64,000 bases of DNA from positions 18,535-82,534 of the forward strand of contig JBOIBB010000014.1 of the NCBI GenBank assembly GCA_050739335.1. Reading direction: 5' to 3'. This DNA comes from Gammaproteobacteria bacterium. Lineage in GTDB: Bacteria; Pseudomonadota; Gammaproteobacteria; Natronospirales; REEB76. Both the position numbers and the translations under genes were made by a program. The notes beneath the pieces were generated by a model. It made no database searches. It was not told where the DNA came from and was given only the letters and a program-made list of their open reading frames with translations. Shown here one piece after another: positions 18,479 through 29,249 of the stretch. Each line of letters starts with the position of its first letter. The first letter of the stretch is position 1.

Positions 18479-18951
18479 TGCGACGACCCGGTTTCCGCCG
18501 CAGTCCCTGGCTTCGGAAGCTGCGCCGCCAGATGCTGCTCAGCGAGCTTGCGCAGCTCGGCGGCGAGCGCCGGCAGTATGCGGAAGCCCGGGATCGAACT
18601 GGGATTGATTGCGATGCCGGCGTCTTTGGGCACGCCGAGCAGCGCCCAGCGGGCATCGACCTCGACCGGGTAGTGAAACAAGGTGTCGCCGCGGGGTATG
18701 GCTTCGATCTTGTCCGCGCTCGTGAACAAGGCCAGCATCGCCTGGGCCTGGTTCTCGCCGTCGCTCACCAGCAACACGTGGGTTTCCGTGCTGGGCAGTG
18801 AGCGTCCGTCCCATGGCGTGTCGAGTACCACGAATACCCGGGAGTTAAACAGCATCTCGAGAATCTTGCGATGGCTTTCGAGCTTGTTCTCCGCCTTGAA
18901 CAGTGCGGCCTCAAGCTCCTGGGGAGTGACGCTAGGTGCTACGGCTGGCAT
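18475..18951 (-). CDS. SseB-family-like protein
   Basis: The pattern LFNSRVFVVLD...HVLLVSDGENQAQAMLALFTSADKIE...INPSS resembles the SseB N-terminal domain. This recognition is from memory only. Confidence 0.55.
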   Translation of the reverse strand: MPAVAPSVTPQELEAALFKAENKLESHRKILEMLFNSRVFVVLDTPWDGRSLPSTETHVLLVSDGENQAQAMLALFTSADKIEAIPRGDTLFHYPVEVDARWALLGVPKDAGIAINPSSIPGFRILPALAAELRKLAEQHLAAQLPKPGTAAETGSSQ

Positions 18952-18997
18952 GGATGTCCGCCTGGTTGTAGGAGAGGATAGCAGGGCGGTACCGCGC

Positions 18998-20791
18998 TCA
19001 CGCAGCCCCTTCTAGGGCCGTCAGCAGCGGTGCCAAAAACGGTTTGTAGTGCTTCCAGCGCCCCACGGATGAATGATAAACCGGTTGGCGCACCTGATAC
19101 ACACTGGCCGTACGCACCGGCCGCTGGCTGCCGGTGAAATCCAGGCAGGCTGGAGACCATTCGAGCCGGCAATGCGCGAGGATGCGTCGCACCTGGGTTT
19201 CAGTATCTGCGACCATATCCTCGTAACTCACATTGAGGAGCGTGCCCACGGGCAGTACCTTGTGCCAGTACTGCATGAGTGCGTGGTATTCGCAATAGTA
19301 TTCGCCGAGTTCCTTCAGGTCCGAGGTATAGCCGAAATCCGAATCCAGCAGCGTGGTATACAGCGATACGCAATTGTCACGCGGATCGCGATAACAATGC
19401 AGGATCCTGGCTTGCGGGTAAAGCACGTGGATGAGCCCGAGACGCAAGAAGTTTCCCGGCATCTTGTCGGTGATGTGCGCGACGCCCGGGGCCAGGGCCT
19501 GCATGTCCGCCAGGCTGCGCAGACCGATGCGGCGCAACTGCGCGTCGTCGAGACCCGCCACCGAGTTTTCGGGTTCCTCGTTGTAAGCGGCACCCAGGGT
19601 GCGGCTCAAAGCTGCAAGCAGCAGCTTGAGCTCGCCGCCGGCATGTACCTCGGGGTGCCGTGAGAGGATCTGTTCAACCAACGAGGTACCCGAGCGTGCC
19701 ATGCCCACGATAAAGATAGGCACGCTGGACTCCAGCCCGCAACGCGCTGCGCGCTGCAAAAATTCCGGGCTGTTGGCCGCACGAATACGCTGAAACTTTT
19801 CATGATTCAATGCACTCGAGTAGCTCAGCGTGGTGCGCCGCAGCGCATGCCCGGCTGCGTAATGCTGGAAAGCCCGCGCATAGTCGTGCGCGTTTTGCCA
19901 GGATTTGCCGAGCGCAAACTCAATGTTGAGCTTGGCGCCAACATCTTCACGCTCGCGGCTCTCATGCCGTGCTTCGAGCTTCTTCTGCAGCTCTCCGCCG
20001 GCCGGCAATCTCCCCATGGTGCTGAGGCGCAGATAGGCCTCGGTGTAATCGTCATCGAGGGCAAGTACGGTTTCGAGTTCGCGTTGTGCATCGGCGAACT
20101 GCCCCAACGACATGCACAAGTTAGCACGTTGAAAATGCGCGGCGGCTGAACGCGGGGCCGCGGCAATGGTCGCGTCCAGGAGTCGGCCGGCTTCGGCATA
20201 GCGGTCTACCAGCAGCAACAGAGTCGCAAGCCGCACTTGGGTTTCCGTATCCTGCGGGGCGATTTTTAACGCATGCCGGGCGGCGGACACGGCCTCGGCC
20301 ATCATTCCCATGTTCTCCTGAATGATGCTGAGCGTCATCCAGCATCCCCGGTGCCCGGAATGTTTCCCCAAGGCCTCCAGCAGAACGGACACGGCATCTA
20401 CGGGCCTCTGCATTAGCGACAGCGCCATCGCCAGCCCCTGGCAGGCATCGGCGTTGCCGGGTTCAAGCTCGAGGCAGTGGTGGTACTGATCAATCGCCTC
20501 GGCCCCAAGCTCGCTACTCAACAATGCACTCGCCAGGTTGTGAGCAAAACCAGCGTTGCGCGGCGCGAGCTGCACGGAACGACGCATTTTTTCCAGGCCC
20601 GATTGGCTGCGGCCGGTCTGGAACTCGAGGAGGCCAAGAAAATGCAGGGCGTCGGGTTGCGCAGGCTCCCGCCGCAGCACCTCGTTGAACAAGGGTTCGG
20701 CGCGGGTAAAGCGTCCGCGCTGTTGTTCGGAGATCGCTCGACCAATCAGCTCGACGATCGGAGTAGAGGTAGGCATCGGCATCTGGGACAT
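18998..20791 (-). CDS. TPR-repeat sulfotransferase family protein (paralogue 2)
   Basis: TPR repeats are followed by FIVGMARSGTSLVEQIL and HCYRDPRDNCVSLY. I chose the start at ATG 20791 (MSQMPMP..); a GTG at 20875 is an alternative. Confidence 0.8.
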   Translation of the reverse strand: MSQMPMPTSTPIVELIGRAISEQQRGRFTRAEPLFNEVLRREPAQPDALHFLGLLEFQTGRSQSGLEKMRRSVQLAPRNAGFAHNLASALLSSELGAEAIDQYHHCLELEPGNADACQGLAMALSLMQRPVDAVSVLLEALGKHSGHRGCWMTLSIIQENMGMMAEAVSAARHALKIAPQDTETQVRLATLLLLVDRYAEAGRLLDATIAAAPRSAAAHFQRANLCMSLGQFADAQRELETVLALDDDYTEAYLRLSTMGRLPAGGELQKKLEARHESREREDVGAKLNIEFALGKSWQNAHDYARAFQHYAAGHALRRTTLSYSSALNHEKFQRIRAANSPEFLQRAARCGLESSVPIFIVGMARSGTSLVEQILSRHPEVHAGGELKLLLAALSRTLGAAYNEEPENSVAGLDDAQLRRIGLRSLADMQALAPGVAHITDKMPGNFLRLGLIHVLYPQARILHCYRDPRDNCVSLYTTLLDSDFGYTSDLKELGEYYCEYHALMQYWHKVLPVGTLLNVSYEDMVADTETQVRRILAHCRLEWSPACLDFTGSQRPVRTASVYQVRQPVYHSSVGRWKHYKPFLAPLLTALEGAA

Positions 20792-21138
20792 TAGCGATAT
20801 GTGCTCAATCCATCCGCCCGGCGCAGTGCACTTGGGGCCTCCGGGGCATTCTGTAGGTCGGGTTCCCGACGTCACTGGTATTATTCAATGCGCGATTGAT
20901 GTTCATATTATTAACATGTGCAGCTTCAGGTTGGAAGTGCGGCGATTAGCGAGGTGTTCGTGTGAAAGCGCACCTCATGAAGGGATTAACCTCTTGGCGT
21001 TCTTGCCGGCACTCGGCTCGCAGAAAAGATATGGTTGGCCGGGTATACGCCGCTCGCTAAGGCTTGGTGAGCTGGAAATTACTCGGTGCAACAGTTTCTC
21101 GCTTGCTTGGCGGGAAGCCTGCACGGCACGACTGCGAG

Positions 21139-22890
21139 CTAAAGCGAATAGCCGAAGCGCTTTACCCATGGGTGCAGCGTGTCCAGGCTTGCGCCGAAGT
21201 ATTCGCGGTAGCGCTGCCAGCGGTCCACGGCCCGCGCATTGACCGGTTGCACGATTTGGGCATAACTCGGGGTGTACACGCGCGCTCGCGCACCTGGCGG
21301 TCTTTCGCGATCAGGTCTCGACGCGGCAGCGTCGAGCCCGAGAAATGCACAGGCAGCACTCAACTCACGATTCGGGTCGATCACCAGGCGCTCGTAACGC
21401 AGCTCGTACACATCAAGCTCAAGGATCTCGCGGTAGCGCAGCCAGAGCTCCATCACGCGCCGGTAGATCTGCGTCGAAGACTCCAGATCCAGGAAGTTTC
21501 CCGTGATGGAACTGCCGTTGAAGGATTGCATGAAGCAGGAGAGCACCACGTCGCAAGGGTGACGCAATGCGAAAACGAAAGCGGCAGCGGGCAACAGGGC
21601 GTGCACATATCCGGCTTGGGCCGACATCAGCGGATGCTTGTCGAGTATCAACGCCGGCGCGGCGGTGGTTCCGAGGCATGCATGTACGGCCTGCCAATAA
21701 TCGCTACGCAGCGTCTGCCAAGCTGCAGGCGCTAACCCGGCGAGTGCGGCCGGATAAGCAGGTTGCGCGGCGCGCAGCCGGTTCAGGGTGTTTTCCAGAC
21801 AGGGCTCTTCCTCGAGCACCGCCAATCCACGGCGCGTACCGAGGAGCGTATCCATGAGCGTGGTGCCGGCACGCAAAAAGCCCACCAGGAACGCGACGGG
21901 TGGCTCGTTCATGGCACGTTGCGCCGCGCGGGTCTTGGCGATCCAGGTCTTTACCCAGTCGGCCGTGAACAGCTCCAATAGACTGTCGAGTTCATGCAAA
22001 TAAGCACGTGCCGTGTCTGCCAGCCAGGGTTGAGCCTCCAGCGAAAGATGATTGGCCTCATCGAAACAGCGGTACGCGGCCGGTGTGTCGCCGAGGGTGT
22101 CGTAGTTGTAGCCCAACTCGAACAGCATGTCGCGGCGGGTACCGGCCGGTAGCTCGGGGCGCGACAGTATCGGCTCCAGCCGCCCGACAGCCGCCGCCGA
22201 ATCGCCCTGGCGGCGCAGAAGCTTGGCTACGGTGGCGTTCAAGGCCGGGTGGGCGGGCGCGAGAGTCAGGCCCGCATCCGCCGCTGCGGCGGCTTCCTCG
22301 GTCCGGTTGGCCTGCTCCAGCAGCACCGCAAGGTTCGACCAGACCGCGGGATTGCGCGCATCCAGGGCGAGCGACTGGCGATAGGCCTCGATTGCCGCGT
22401 CGGCCTTGCGCTGCTTGTCGAGAGCAATCCCCAAGTTGTTGTAGATGTGGGCGTCGCGCGGACTGCGGCTGAGCGCCTTGCGGTAACACTCGACGGCGGC
22501 GTCGACCTTGCCGAGCTCTTTGCAGCATATTCCGAGATTGTTGAGGAGCCCGCTGTCACCGGGGTAGGTGCGCAACGCCCGGTCAAAACACGGCGCGGCT
22601 TCGGCCCAATGCTCAAGCTGCATCTGTGCGTTGCCGAGTGCGCGCTGGATGTCGGGATTGCGGTCATCCAGATGCGCGGCACGGTCGAGGTAGGTAAGCG
22701 CTTCCTCTGGACGATTATCATCGAGCGCTGCACCGCCCACGAGATACAGCGCACCGGCATGTGCACCGTATTGCTGTAATAAATTTTGCGCGAGCTGCAC
22801 CGCGGCCGGATGGTCACCCGCTTGGTAGGCTTGCACCGCTCGTGCGAACAGGTCTGCAGCCGTCGCCGCGCTCTGGCTCGAATTACTCAT
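21139..22890 (-). CDS. TPR-repeat sulfotransferase family protein (paralogue 3, more divergent)
   Basis: TPR repeats are followed by FLVGFLRAGTTLMDTLL and ALRHPCDVVLSCF, with a C-terminal DRWQRYREYF like the other two paralogues. Confidence 0.75.
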   Translation of the reverse strand: MSNSSQSAATAADLFARAVQAYQAGDHPAAVQLAQNLLQQYGAHAGALYLVGGAALDDNRPEEALTYLDRAAHLDDRNPDIQRALGNAQMQLEHWAEAAPCFDRALRTYPGDSGLLNNLGICCKELGKVDAAVECYRKALSRSPRDAHIYNNLGIALDKQRKADAAIEAYRQSLALDARNPAVWSNLAVLLEQANRTEEAAAAADAGLTLAPAHPALNATVAKLLRRQGDSAAAVGRLEPILSRPELPAGTRRDMLFELGYNYDTLGDTPAAYRCFDEANHLSLEAQPWLADTARAYLHELDSLLELFTADWVKTWIAKTRAAQRAMNEPPVAFLVGFLRAGTTLMDTLLGTRRGLAVLEEEPCLENTLNRLRAAQPAYPAALAGLAPAAWQTLRSDYWQAVHACLGTTAAPALILDKHPLMSAQAGYVHALLPAAAFVFALRHPCDVVLSCFMQSFNGSSITGNFLDLESSTQIYRRVMELWLRYREILELDVYELRYERLVIDPNRELSAACAFLGLDAAASRPDRERPPGARARVYTPSYAQIVQPVNARAVDRWQRYREYFGASLDTLHPWVKRFGYSL

Positions 22891-22937
22891 GACGCCTGCT
22901 ACGCCGGCGGCCGCCCGGACGCAGCGTTGACGACCCT

Positions 22938-24278
22938 TCAGGCGCCGTGGCCGCTCGGAGTTCCACGATTGATTGCCGCCAGTGCTGCCACCAGCGCGGT
23001 CACGCCGTCACATTCCGCGGCGCTCAGCAACGGATTCCAGATCTCCGTGATCAGCACCACACGGCGTTCCTGGCTGCGATTCCAGGCTTCGTGCTGAAAG
23101 CTGTCGTCAAAAATCAAACATTGTCCGGCGGACCAGCCCCGGGTCTCGTGACCAACACGGATAGCGCAGTCTTGCGGAACGACCAGCGGCAGGTGCACCA
23201 CAAGCTTGTAGTTGCCGAGCCCGTAATGGGACGGAATGTGCGTGCCCGGCCGGAGAATGGAAAAGAATGCCTCCGGTGTGTGCCCGGGAATTTGTGGCAG
23301 CGGGAGCTGGCCGAGCGCTTGCATGGTGGCGGGGCAACGCGCGGCATTGTCATTCTGTATCTTCCCGCCGCGCAGCAGATGAAACGAGTTCCATTGCGAC
23401 GAGTGGTTAAGCTCGCGCCACTGCTGTGGGTCCGTGCGTACATCAATGTCGACGTAGGGCTCGAGGCCGGCCTCGCTGGCCAACACCGCTTCGGCCTCGG
23501 CGAGTATCGCCGCGGTACAAGCTTCAAGCGCAGGTGCCCAAGCGAACTGGGTGCGTTCGAAAAAAGGACGCGGTTCGATGCCGGGCACGTACAAATACGC
23601 TGGGCGCTGCAAGGCATGGGCATAGCCGGGCGCGCCCGGTCCGCCGGCCAGCAGGCTGGCGGCGGCCTGGATGTTCACCAGCGCAGCGTCGCCATGCCGC
23701 TGCGTGACGGGCTCCAAGTGTTGTGCGGTTATCGCGTTTATGTGCTCGCGCACAAAGTCTACCGCGTGCGTAAGCATTTCGCGGATTGGCGCCGGCGTGG
23801 ATGAATCGCGCAGAGTCTCGGCGGCGGGCGGTTGCATGCAAGCCAGCGCCTGACGGTAGCTGGCGAGTGCTTCGGGCTCGCGCCCGAGCTTGTCCAGCAG
23901 TGCGCCCTGGTGCAGTAGCGCGACCACATAGCCGGGCTGCAGTGCAATGGCACGATTGAAGGCTTCGAGCGCCTGCTCCGCGAGCCCTTGGGCGCGATAC
24001 ACGATGCCGAGATTCTGGTAGAGCATCGCGCGCTTCGGATCCACCTGCACGGCACGTTTCAGGAGCTCCTGGCTTTGCGCAGCATCGCCACGCTCGAAGG
24101 CGCGCATCGCGAGAAACATGAGCGCCTGCAGGTGATAGGGCGCCGCATCCAGCAGCTTGCGATAGATCGTTTCAGCCGCGGTTTTGTCACCCCGGTGGGC
24201 AAGAGCCGTGGCACTGTCCGCGAGCATCGCGATCTGATTTGCGGCCTCGGGAGTGGAGTTGGGCATTGAAAATCGCAC
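22938..24278 (-). CDS. TPR-repeat aspartyl/asparaginyl beta-hydroxylase family (2OG/Fe(II) oxygenase) protein
   Basis: An N-terminal TPR region is followed by a C-terminal segment, ILRPGTHIPSHYGLGNYKLVVHLPLVVP...CLIFDDSFQHEAWNRS, typical of the AspH/LpxO-type Asp_Arg_Hydrox domain. Confidence 0.8.
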   Translation of the reverse strand: MRFSMPNSTPEAANQIAMLADSATALAHRGDKTAAETIYRKLLDAAPYHLQALMFLAMRAFERGDAAQSQELLKRAVQVDPKRAMLYQNLGIVYRAQGLAEQALEAFNRAIALQPGYVVALLHQGALLDKLGREPEALASYRQALACMQPPAAETLRDSSTPAPIREMLTHAVDFVREHINAITAQHLEPVTQRHGDAALVNIQAAASLLAGGPGAPGYAHALQRPAYLYVPGIEPRPFFERTQFAWAPALEACTAAILAEAEAVLASEAGLEPYVDIDVRTDPQQWRELNHSSQWNSFHLLRGGKIQNDNAARCPATMQALGQLPLPQIPGHTPEAFFSILRPGTHIPSHYGLGNYKLVVHLPLVVPQDCAIRVGHETRGWSAGQCLIFDDSFQHEAWNRSQERRVVLITEIWNPLLSAAECDGVTALVAALAAINRGTPSGHGA

Positions 24279-24416
24279 CGCTAGTACTGACCAGGGCGCG
24301 ATTGTGCCATACCGGTCGAGTGGATTCTGCGCACCGCCGGGCGTCGCTTAACGGCGCAGCCGCTCACGGCCCTGTACGGCAAATACTCGCGTGCCGCTAC
24401 GGGCGCTGTGCCCGAT

Positions 24417-27155
24417 TCAGGCGGCCAATTGCCGCAGCACATACTGCAGGATGCCGCCATTCACGTAGTAGTCGCGTTCCTTGGGGGTGTCCAAACGCAC
24501 GCGCGCCTTGAAGGTGACGGTTTTGCCGCTGTCGGCTTTGGCGTGCACGGTCACCTGTTTGCTGGCCGCGTCTTTCAGGCCTTCGATGGCGAATTCTTCC
24601 TTGCCGCAGAGGCCCAGAGACTTGGCGTCCTCGCCCGCGTGGAACTGCAGCGGCAACACGCCCATGCCAATCAGATTGGAGCGATGGATACGCTCAAAAC
24701 TCTTGGCAATGACCGCTTTCACGCCGAGTAGCAGCGTGCCCTTGGCGGCCCAGTCGCGCGAGGAACCGCTGCCGTATTCGATACCGGCGATGACGATTAG
24801 CGGCGTGCCCCTTTGCTGGTACTTCACGGCCGCGGCATAGATCGACATGACTTCACCGCTGGGTATATAGGTGGTGAAACCACCCTCGGTCCCCGGCGCG
24901 AGCTGATTGCGCAAGCGAATGTTGGCGAAGGTGCCACGCATCATGACTTCGTGATTGCCGCGGCGCGAGCCGTAGGAGTTGAAGTCGCGCGCCTGTACGC
25001 CGTTTTCGATCAGGTATTCGCCGGCCGGGCCGCTCTTCTTGATACTGCCGGCCGGCGAGATGTGGTCCGTGGTCACGGAATCGCCGAGCAGGGCAAGCAC
25101 ACGCGCGCCTTTTATGTCGGTGACCGGATCCGGCTGCATGGTCATGCCCTCGAAATAGGGCGGGTTGCGCACGTAGGTCGAATGCTCGTCCCACTGGTAA
25201 ATCTCGCCCTCAGGCACGCGCATGCCATTCCAATGCTGGTCACCGGCGTAGATCTTGCCGTAAACATTCTTGAACATGCTGGAGTCAATATTGCCGATAA
25301 TCAGATCGGAAATTTCCTCCTGGCTCGGCCAGAGGTCCTTCAGATACACCGGCTTGCCGTCCTTGCCGGTGCCCAGTGGATCGTGCAACAGGTCCACGGT
25401 CATGCTGCCCACCAGCGAGTACGCCACGACCAGCGGCGGCGAGGCCAGGAAATTCATTTTCACTTCGGGGTGAATGCGGCCTTCGAAATTGCGGTTGCCG
25501 GACAGCACCGCGCAGGCCGAAAGATCGCCCTCGGCGATCCCGCGGCTGATTTCCGGGCGCAGCGGTCCGGAGTTTCCGATGCAGGTGGTGCAACCATAGC
25601 CCACCAGTCCAAAACCCATCGCTTCCAAATCTGCGAGCAATCCGGCTTTCTTGAGGTAGTCGGTGACCACGCGCGAGCCGGGCGCCAGACTGGTCTTGAC
25701 CCAAGGCTTGGGCTTCAGGCCGCGCTCACGTGCGCGGCGTGCCACCAGACCCGCGCCGATCATGACTTCGGGGTTGGAGGTGTTGGTGCAACTGGTGAGC
25801 GCCGCAATCACCGCCGCCCCGTCGTGCATGGTGAATGTCTGGCCGTCCATGGTCACGCTCGCGGAACCTGGCGTGATTACGGTACTTTCCTTGACGGGCA
25901 CCGCGCCGCCTTCGTCCTCGAACTGCGCCTCGGCTTGCAGGCGCTGGGCGCGCTCGGCCGCGAGCTTGGCCGCATGCTTGCCGACGATTTCGTGCGCGGA
26001 CTTCAATGGGATGCGATCCTGTGGGCGCTTGGGTCCCGCGATACTCGGTTCCACCGAGCTCAGCTCCAAGTCGACGACCTGACTATATTCGGCAGGCTTC
26101 TGCTCGGGCTCGTGCCATAGGCCCTGGGCCTTGGCGTAGGTCTCGACCAATTGAATACGCTCGGGGCTGCGTCCCGTGAGCTTGAGATAACTCAAGGTTT
26201 CGGCGTCGATCGGGAAGATCGCGCAGGTCGAGCCGAACTCCGGAGACATGTTGCCGAGCGTGGCGCGATTTGCGAGCGGCAGATGGGCCGCGCCAGGTCC
26301 GAAGTATTCGACGAATTTTCCAACCACGCCGGTCTTGCGCAAGAGTTCCGCAATGGTCAGCACGAGATCGGTGGCAGTAGCGCCTTCGGGCAGCCTGCCT
26401 GACAGCCGCACGCCCACGACCTGCGGAATCAGCATGGTCGAAGGCTGGCCGAGCATGGCGGCCTCGGCTTCGATGCCGCCTACGCCCCAACCGAGGACAC
26501 CCAGACCGTTGACCATGGTGGTGTGGGAATCGGTACCGACCAAGGTGTCGGGGTAGGCCTGGGTCGTGCCGTCGACCTCGCGTTCAAACACAACGCGCGA
26601 CAGGTACTCGAGATTCACCTGGTGGCAGATGCCGGTGTCGGGTGGCACAACTTTGAAGTTCTTGAACGATCTCTGACCCCACTTCAGGAACTGATAGCGC
26701 TCCTGGTTGCGCTGGAACTCCATCTCGGCGTTCCGGGCCATGGCGTCGGGGCGGTTGAAGAAATCCACCTGCACCGAGTGATCAATGACCAACTCGGCCG
26801 GGGCCAGCGGATTGATCTTCTCGGGATCACCACCCAGGTTTTTCATGGCGTCACGCATCGCGGCCAGATCCACGACCGCCGGTACCCCGGTGAAGTCCTG
26901 CATCAACACGCGCGCTGGCGTGAAAGCGATTTCCTTGTTGGGTTCGGCTTTGGGATCCCAACTGGCGAGCGCCTCGATGTCTTCGGCCTTGACATTCACG
27001 CCGTCCTCGAGCCGCAGCAGCATTTCCAGCAACACTTTGAGCGAGTAGGGCAGACGCGAGACGTGGTATTTTGTCTCGAGGGCGCTGAGTTTGAAGATTT
27101 CGTATTGCTTGCCGCGCACGTCCAGCGTGGCGCGTGCTTTGAAACTGTCTTTCAT
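24417..27155 (-). CDS. acnA: Aconitate hydratase A
   Basis: The Fe-S ligand motifs SCTNTSNP and [10 protein letters not shown] are present and the protein is about 910 aa. The start is set at ATG 27155, preceded by GGAG. Confidence 0.95.
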   Translation of the reverse strand: MKDSFKARATLDVRGKQYEIFKLSALETKYHVSRLPYSLKVLLEMLLRLEDGVNVKAEDIEALASWDPKAEPNKEIAFTPARVLMQDFTGVPAVVDLAAMRDAMKNLGGDPEKINPLAPAELVIDHSVQVDFFNRPDAMARNAEMEFQRNQERYQFLKWGQRSFKNFKVVPPDTGICHQVNLEYLSRVVFEREVDGTTQAYPDTLVGTDSHTTMVNGLGVLGWGVGGIEAEAAMLGQPSTMLIPQVVGVRLSGRLPEGATATDLVLTIAELLRKTGVVGKFVEYFGPGAAHLPLANRATLGNMSPEFGSTCAIFPIDAETLSYLKLTGRSPERIQLVETYAKAQGLWHEPEQKPAEYSQVVDLELSSVEPSIAGPKRPQDRIPLKSAHEIVGKHAAKLAAERAQRLQAEAQFEDEGGAVPVKESTVITPGSASVTMDGQTFTMHDGAAVIAALTSCTNTSNPEVMIGAGLVARRARERGLKPKPWVKTSLAPGSRVVTDYLKKAGLLADLEAMGFGLVGYGCTTCIGNSGPLRPEISRGIAEGDLSACAVLSGNRNFEGRIHPEVKMNFLASPPLVVAYSLVGSMTVDLLHDPLGTGKDGKPVYLKDLWPSQEEISDLIIGNIDSSMFKNVYGKIYAGDQHWNGMRVPEGEIYQWDEHSTYVRNPPYFEGMTMQPDPVTDIKGARVLALLGDSVTTDHISPAGSIKKSGPAGEYLIENGVQARDFNSYGSRRGNHEVMMRGTFANIRLRNQLAPGTEGGFTTYIPSGEVMSIYAAAVKYQQRGTPLIVIAGIEYGSGSSRDWAAKGTLLLGVKAVIAKSFERIHRSNLIGMGVLPLQFHAGEDAKSLGLCGKEEFAIEGLKDAASKQVTVHAKADSGKTVTFKARVRLDTPKERDYYVNGGILQYVLRQLAA

Positions 27156-27299
27156 GGCTACTCCGCAGGCACGGGCTCCCAAGAAAACCCGGGAGCGGAA
27201 AAATTATTGGTGATCGACGCGCGCCATTATAAGCCAAGCCCTCTTCGAGCTCGCCGTGGCGCTTGGTGACGCGCCGTCGCGACGGTGCAGCAGTCCACC

Positions 27300-27935
27300 T
27301 CAAGCGCTGCGGCTGCTCGCGGCGAAAAGACGCTCGGCTTCGCGGCGCAGGTGCGTGCGTGTGAACAACAGCATCCAACGTGAGCCGCCGCATTGACGCC
27401 ACAGCACGGCTGCACGCAAGCCGCCGAGCAGCAGACTGCGCACCAGGTTAACGACGCGTGGATTCTGCAGCTGGGCGGCATCGCCGGTGACCAGGATGCG
27501 GGGGCTCACCGCGCCGGCGCTATGCAAATAGATGTCGGCCAGGTTGGCGAGCACATTGCTGTGGGTCGGTTCGAAATGCTCCAGTTGACTGCGCGCGCGC
27601 TCTACGCCGGCTTCCAGTACCTGTTTGAGCGGCCGGCGGCGCAGCACCTTGCCCTGGAGTTGCATCAGCGTAAGCGCATAGCGCAACACGGTCGCATCGC
27701 CCGGCTGGCCGGACTGGCCGAGCAGGCCGGCCAGCCGTTGCAGACCGCAGCCGAGCCCACGCACACCGCCAAACACTTCCGGCACATTGCGGGCTTCGGT
27801 CTTCACGATGCTGATGAGGGTCGCGTGGACACAGAGCTCATCGGGCTGGCCACCGGTAGCGGCCGTGTTTACCAGTTCTGCGGCCTGCACGATCCCTGCG
27901 AGCGCGAGCACCCGGTCGGACAGCGAGTGACTCAT
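27300..27935 (-). CDS. hflD: High-frequency-of-lysogenization protein HflD
   Basis: It aligns by eye along its whole length to E. coli HflD (LALAGIVQAAELV.., QLEHF, LLGGLRAAVLWRQCGG). The start is set at ATG 27935. The longer ORF would overlap mnmA. Confidence 0.85.
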   Translation of the reverse strand: MSHSLSDRVLALAGIVQAAELVNTAATGGQPDELCVHATLISIVKTEARNVPEVFGGVRGLGCGLQRLAGLLGQSGQPGDATVLRYALTLMQLQGKVLRRRPLKQVLEAGVERARSQLEHFEPTHSNVLANLADIYLHSAGAVSPRILVTGDAAQLQNPRVVNLVRSLLLGGLRAAVLWRQCGGSRWMLLFTRTHLRREAERLFAASSRSA

Positions 27936-28044
27936 CGCACCCGGCGCAGCCAGAAAGCGTTCCGTGTGCCGCGCCGGGGCTGTAGCCGCGCGAGCCGGTA
28001 TGCATGCGCGCCACGTGCGCATACAAGCGTTGCGTAACGCAGTC

Positions 28045-29175
28045 TCATGCCGCGCCGCGCAGACGCGCGCAGGTCTGGGCTGGGTCGACCGTGGCAATCA
28101 CGCCGCCGCCCAGGCAAGCATCACCACGGTAAAAAACCGCGTACTGGCCGGGCGTGAGCGCGCGCTGCGGCTGCGCAAACTCCACGCGACAATCACCCGC
28201 CGCGCCGAGTGTGACCGTGCAAACCTGGTCGGCCTGGCGATAACGGCTCTTGGCGGTACAGCGGAACTTGCTCGCGGGTGGCGCGCTGGCAATCCAATGC
28301 AGCTCGCTTGCGGTCAGCGCCCGATGGAACAAGCGTGGGTGCTCGTGCCCCTGGACCACGATCAGCACGTTACGGTACGCATCTTTGCCGGCCACGTACC
28401 AGGGTCTGCCCGTGGCGCCCGCGCAGCCGCCGATGCCCAGGCCCTGACGCTGGCCGAGCGTGTAAAACATGAGCCCTGAATGCCGGCCGACAGTTTCACC
28501 TTCCGGGGTCTCGATATTGCCGGGAGCACCGTGCAAGTAGCGCGCCAAGAATTTCCCAAAAGGCCGCTCGCCGATAAAACAAATGCCGGTGCTATCGGGC
28601 TTGGCGTGATTCTCGAAACCGGCGGCGCGTGCGCGTGCCCGCACTTCGCGCTTGAGCATGTCGCCGAGCGGAAACACGCTGCGCACGAGCGCGGCCTGCG
28701 GCACCGCATGCAGGAAATAGGTTTGATCCTTGCCGGTGTCGGCCGCACGCAGCAGCCGGGTGGTCCCGTCCGCGCTCGCCACGCGCGCATAGTGGCCGGT
28801 GGCGATACGCCCGGCACCAAGGCGCAGCGCGTAATCCAGAAACGCCTTGAACTTGATCTCGCGATTGCAAAGTACATCGGGATTCGGCGTACGGCCGGCC
28901 GCGTAATCGCCGAGAAACTGCTGAAACACGCACTCGCGGTACTCGGCAGCAAAACTCACGCGATGCAGGGGAATGTCCAGGCGTTCGCAAACTTGACGGG
29001 CGTCCTGGAAGTCGTCGGCCGCCCGGCAATATCCCGGCTCGTCATCGTCTTCCCAGTTGTCCATGAACAGGCCTTCGACAGCCCAACCTTGCTCAAGCAG
29101 CAGCAGTGCGGCGACAGACGAGTCCACGCCTCCGGACATGCCGACTATTACACGCGGGCGGGGGTGCATCTGCAT
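28045..29175 (-). CDS. mnmA: tRNA 2-thiouridine(34) synthase MnmA
   Basis: It has the PP-loop [13 protein letters not shown] and catalytic Cys regions (DVLCN.., TGICF). Confidence 0.95.
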   Translation of the reverse strand: MQMHPRPRVIVGMSGGVDSSVAALLLLEQGWAVEGLFMDNWEDDDEPGYCRAADDFQDARQVCERLDIPLHRVSFAAEYRECVFQQFLGDYAAGRTPNPDVLCNREIKFKAFLDYALRLGAGRIATGHYARVASADGTTRLLRAADTGKDQTYFLHAVPQAALVRSVFPLGDMLKREVRARARAAGFENHAKPDSTGICFIGERPFGKFLARYLHGAPGNIETPEGETVGRHSGLMFYTLGQRQGLGIGGCAGATGRPWYVAGKDAYRNVLIVVQGHEHPRLFHRALTASELHWIASAPPASKFRCTAKSRYRQADQVCTVTLGAAGDCRVEFAQPQRALTPGQYAVFYRGDACLGGGVIATVDPAQTCARLRGAA

Positions 29176-29249
29176 TCCGACAGTTTAACGGTTCGCCGGC
29201 AGACTGAGGCGGAGACGGTTACCCAGAGGCGCTTCGATGGATTTGGATT

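Noticed and set aside
20805-20906. A 33-codon minus-strand ORF (MNINRALNNTSDVGNPTYRMPRRPQVHCAGRMD) ending 14 nt upstream of sulfotransferase 2. I considered it as a possible modified-peptide precursor
   Set aside because: It has no Shine-Dalgarno sequence and no recognisable leader/core features, and its single Tyr lacks an acidic context. It also overlaps the alternative GTG start of the sulfotransferase. This is not enough support without conservation or expression data.
20975-21169. A 64-aa minus-strand ORF in the AT-richer gap inside the sulfotransferase cluster
   Set aside because: Its start lies inside the 3' end of sulfotransferase 3. It has no motifs and basic shadow-like composition.
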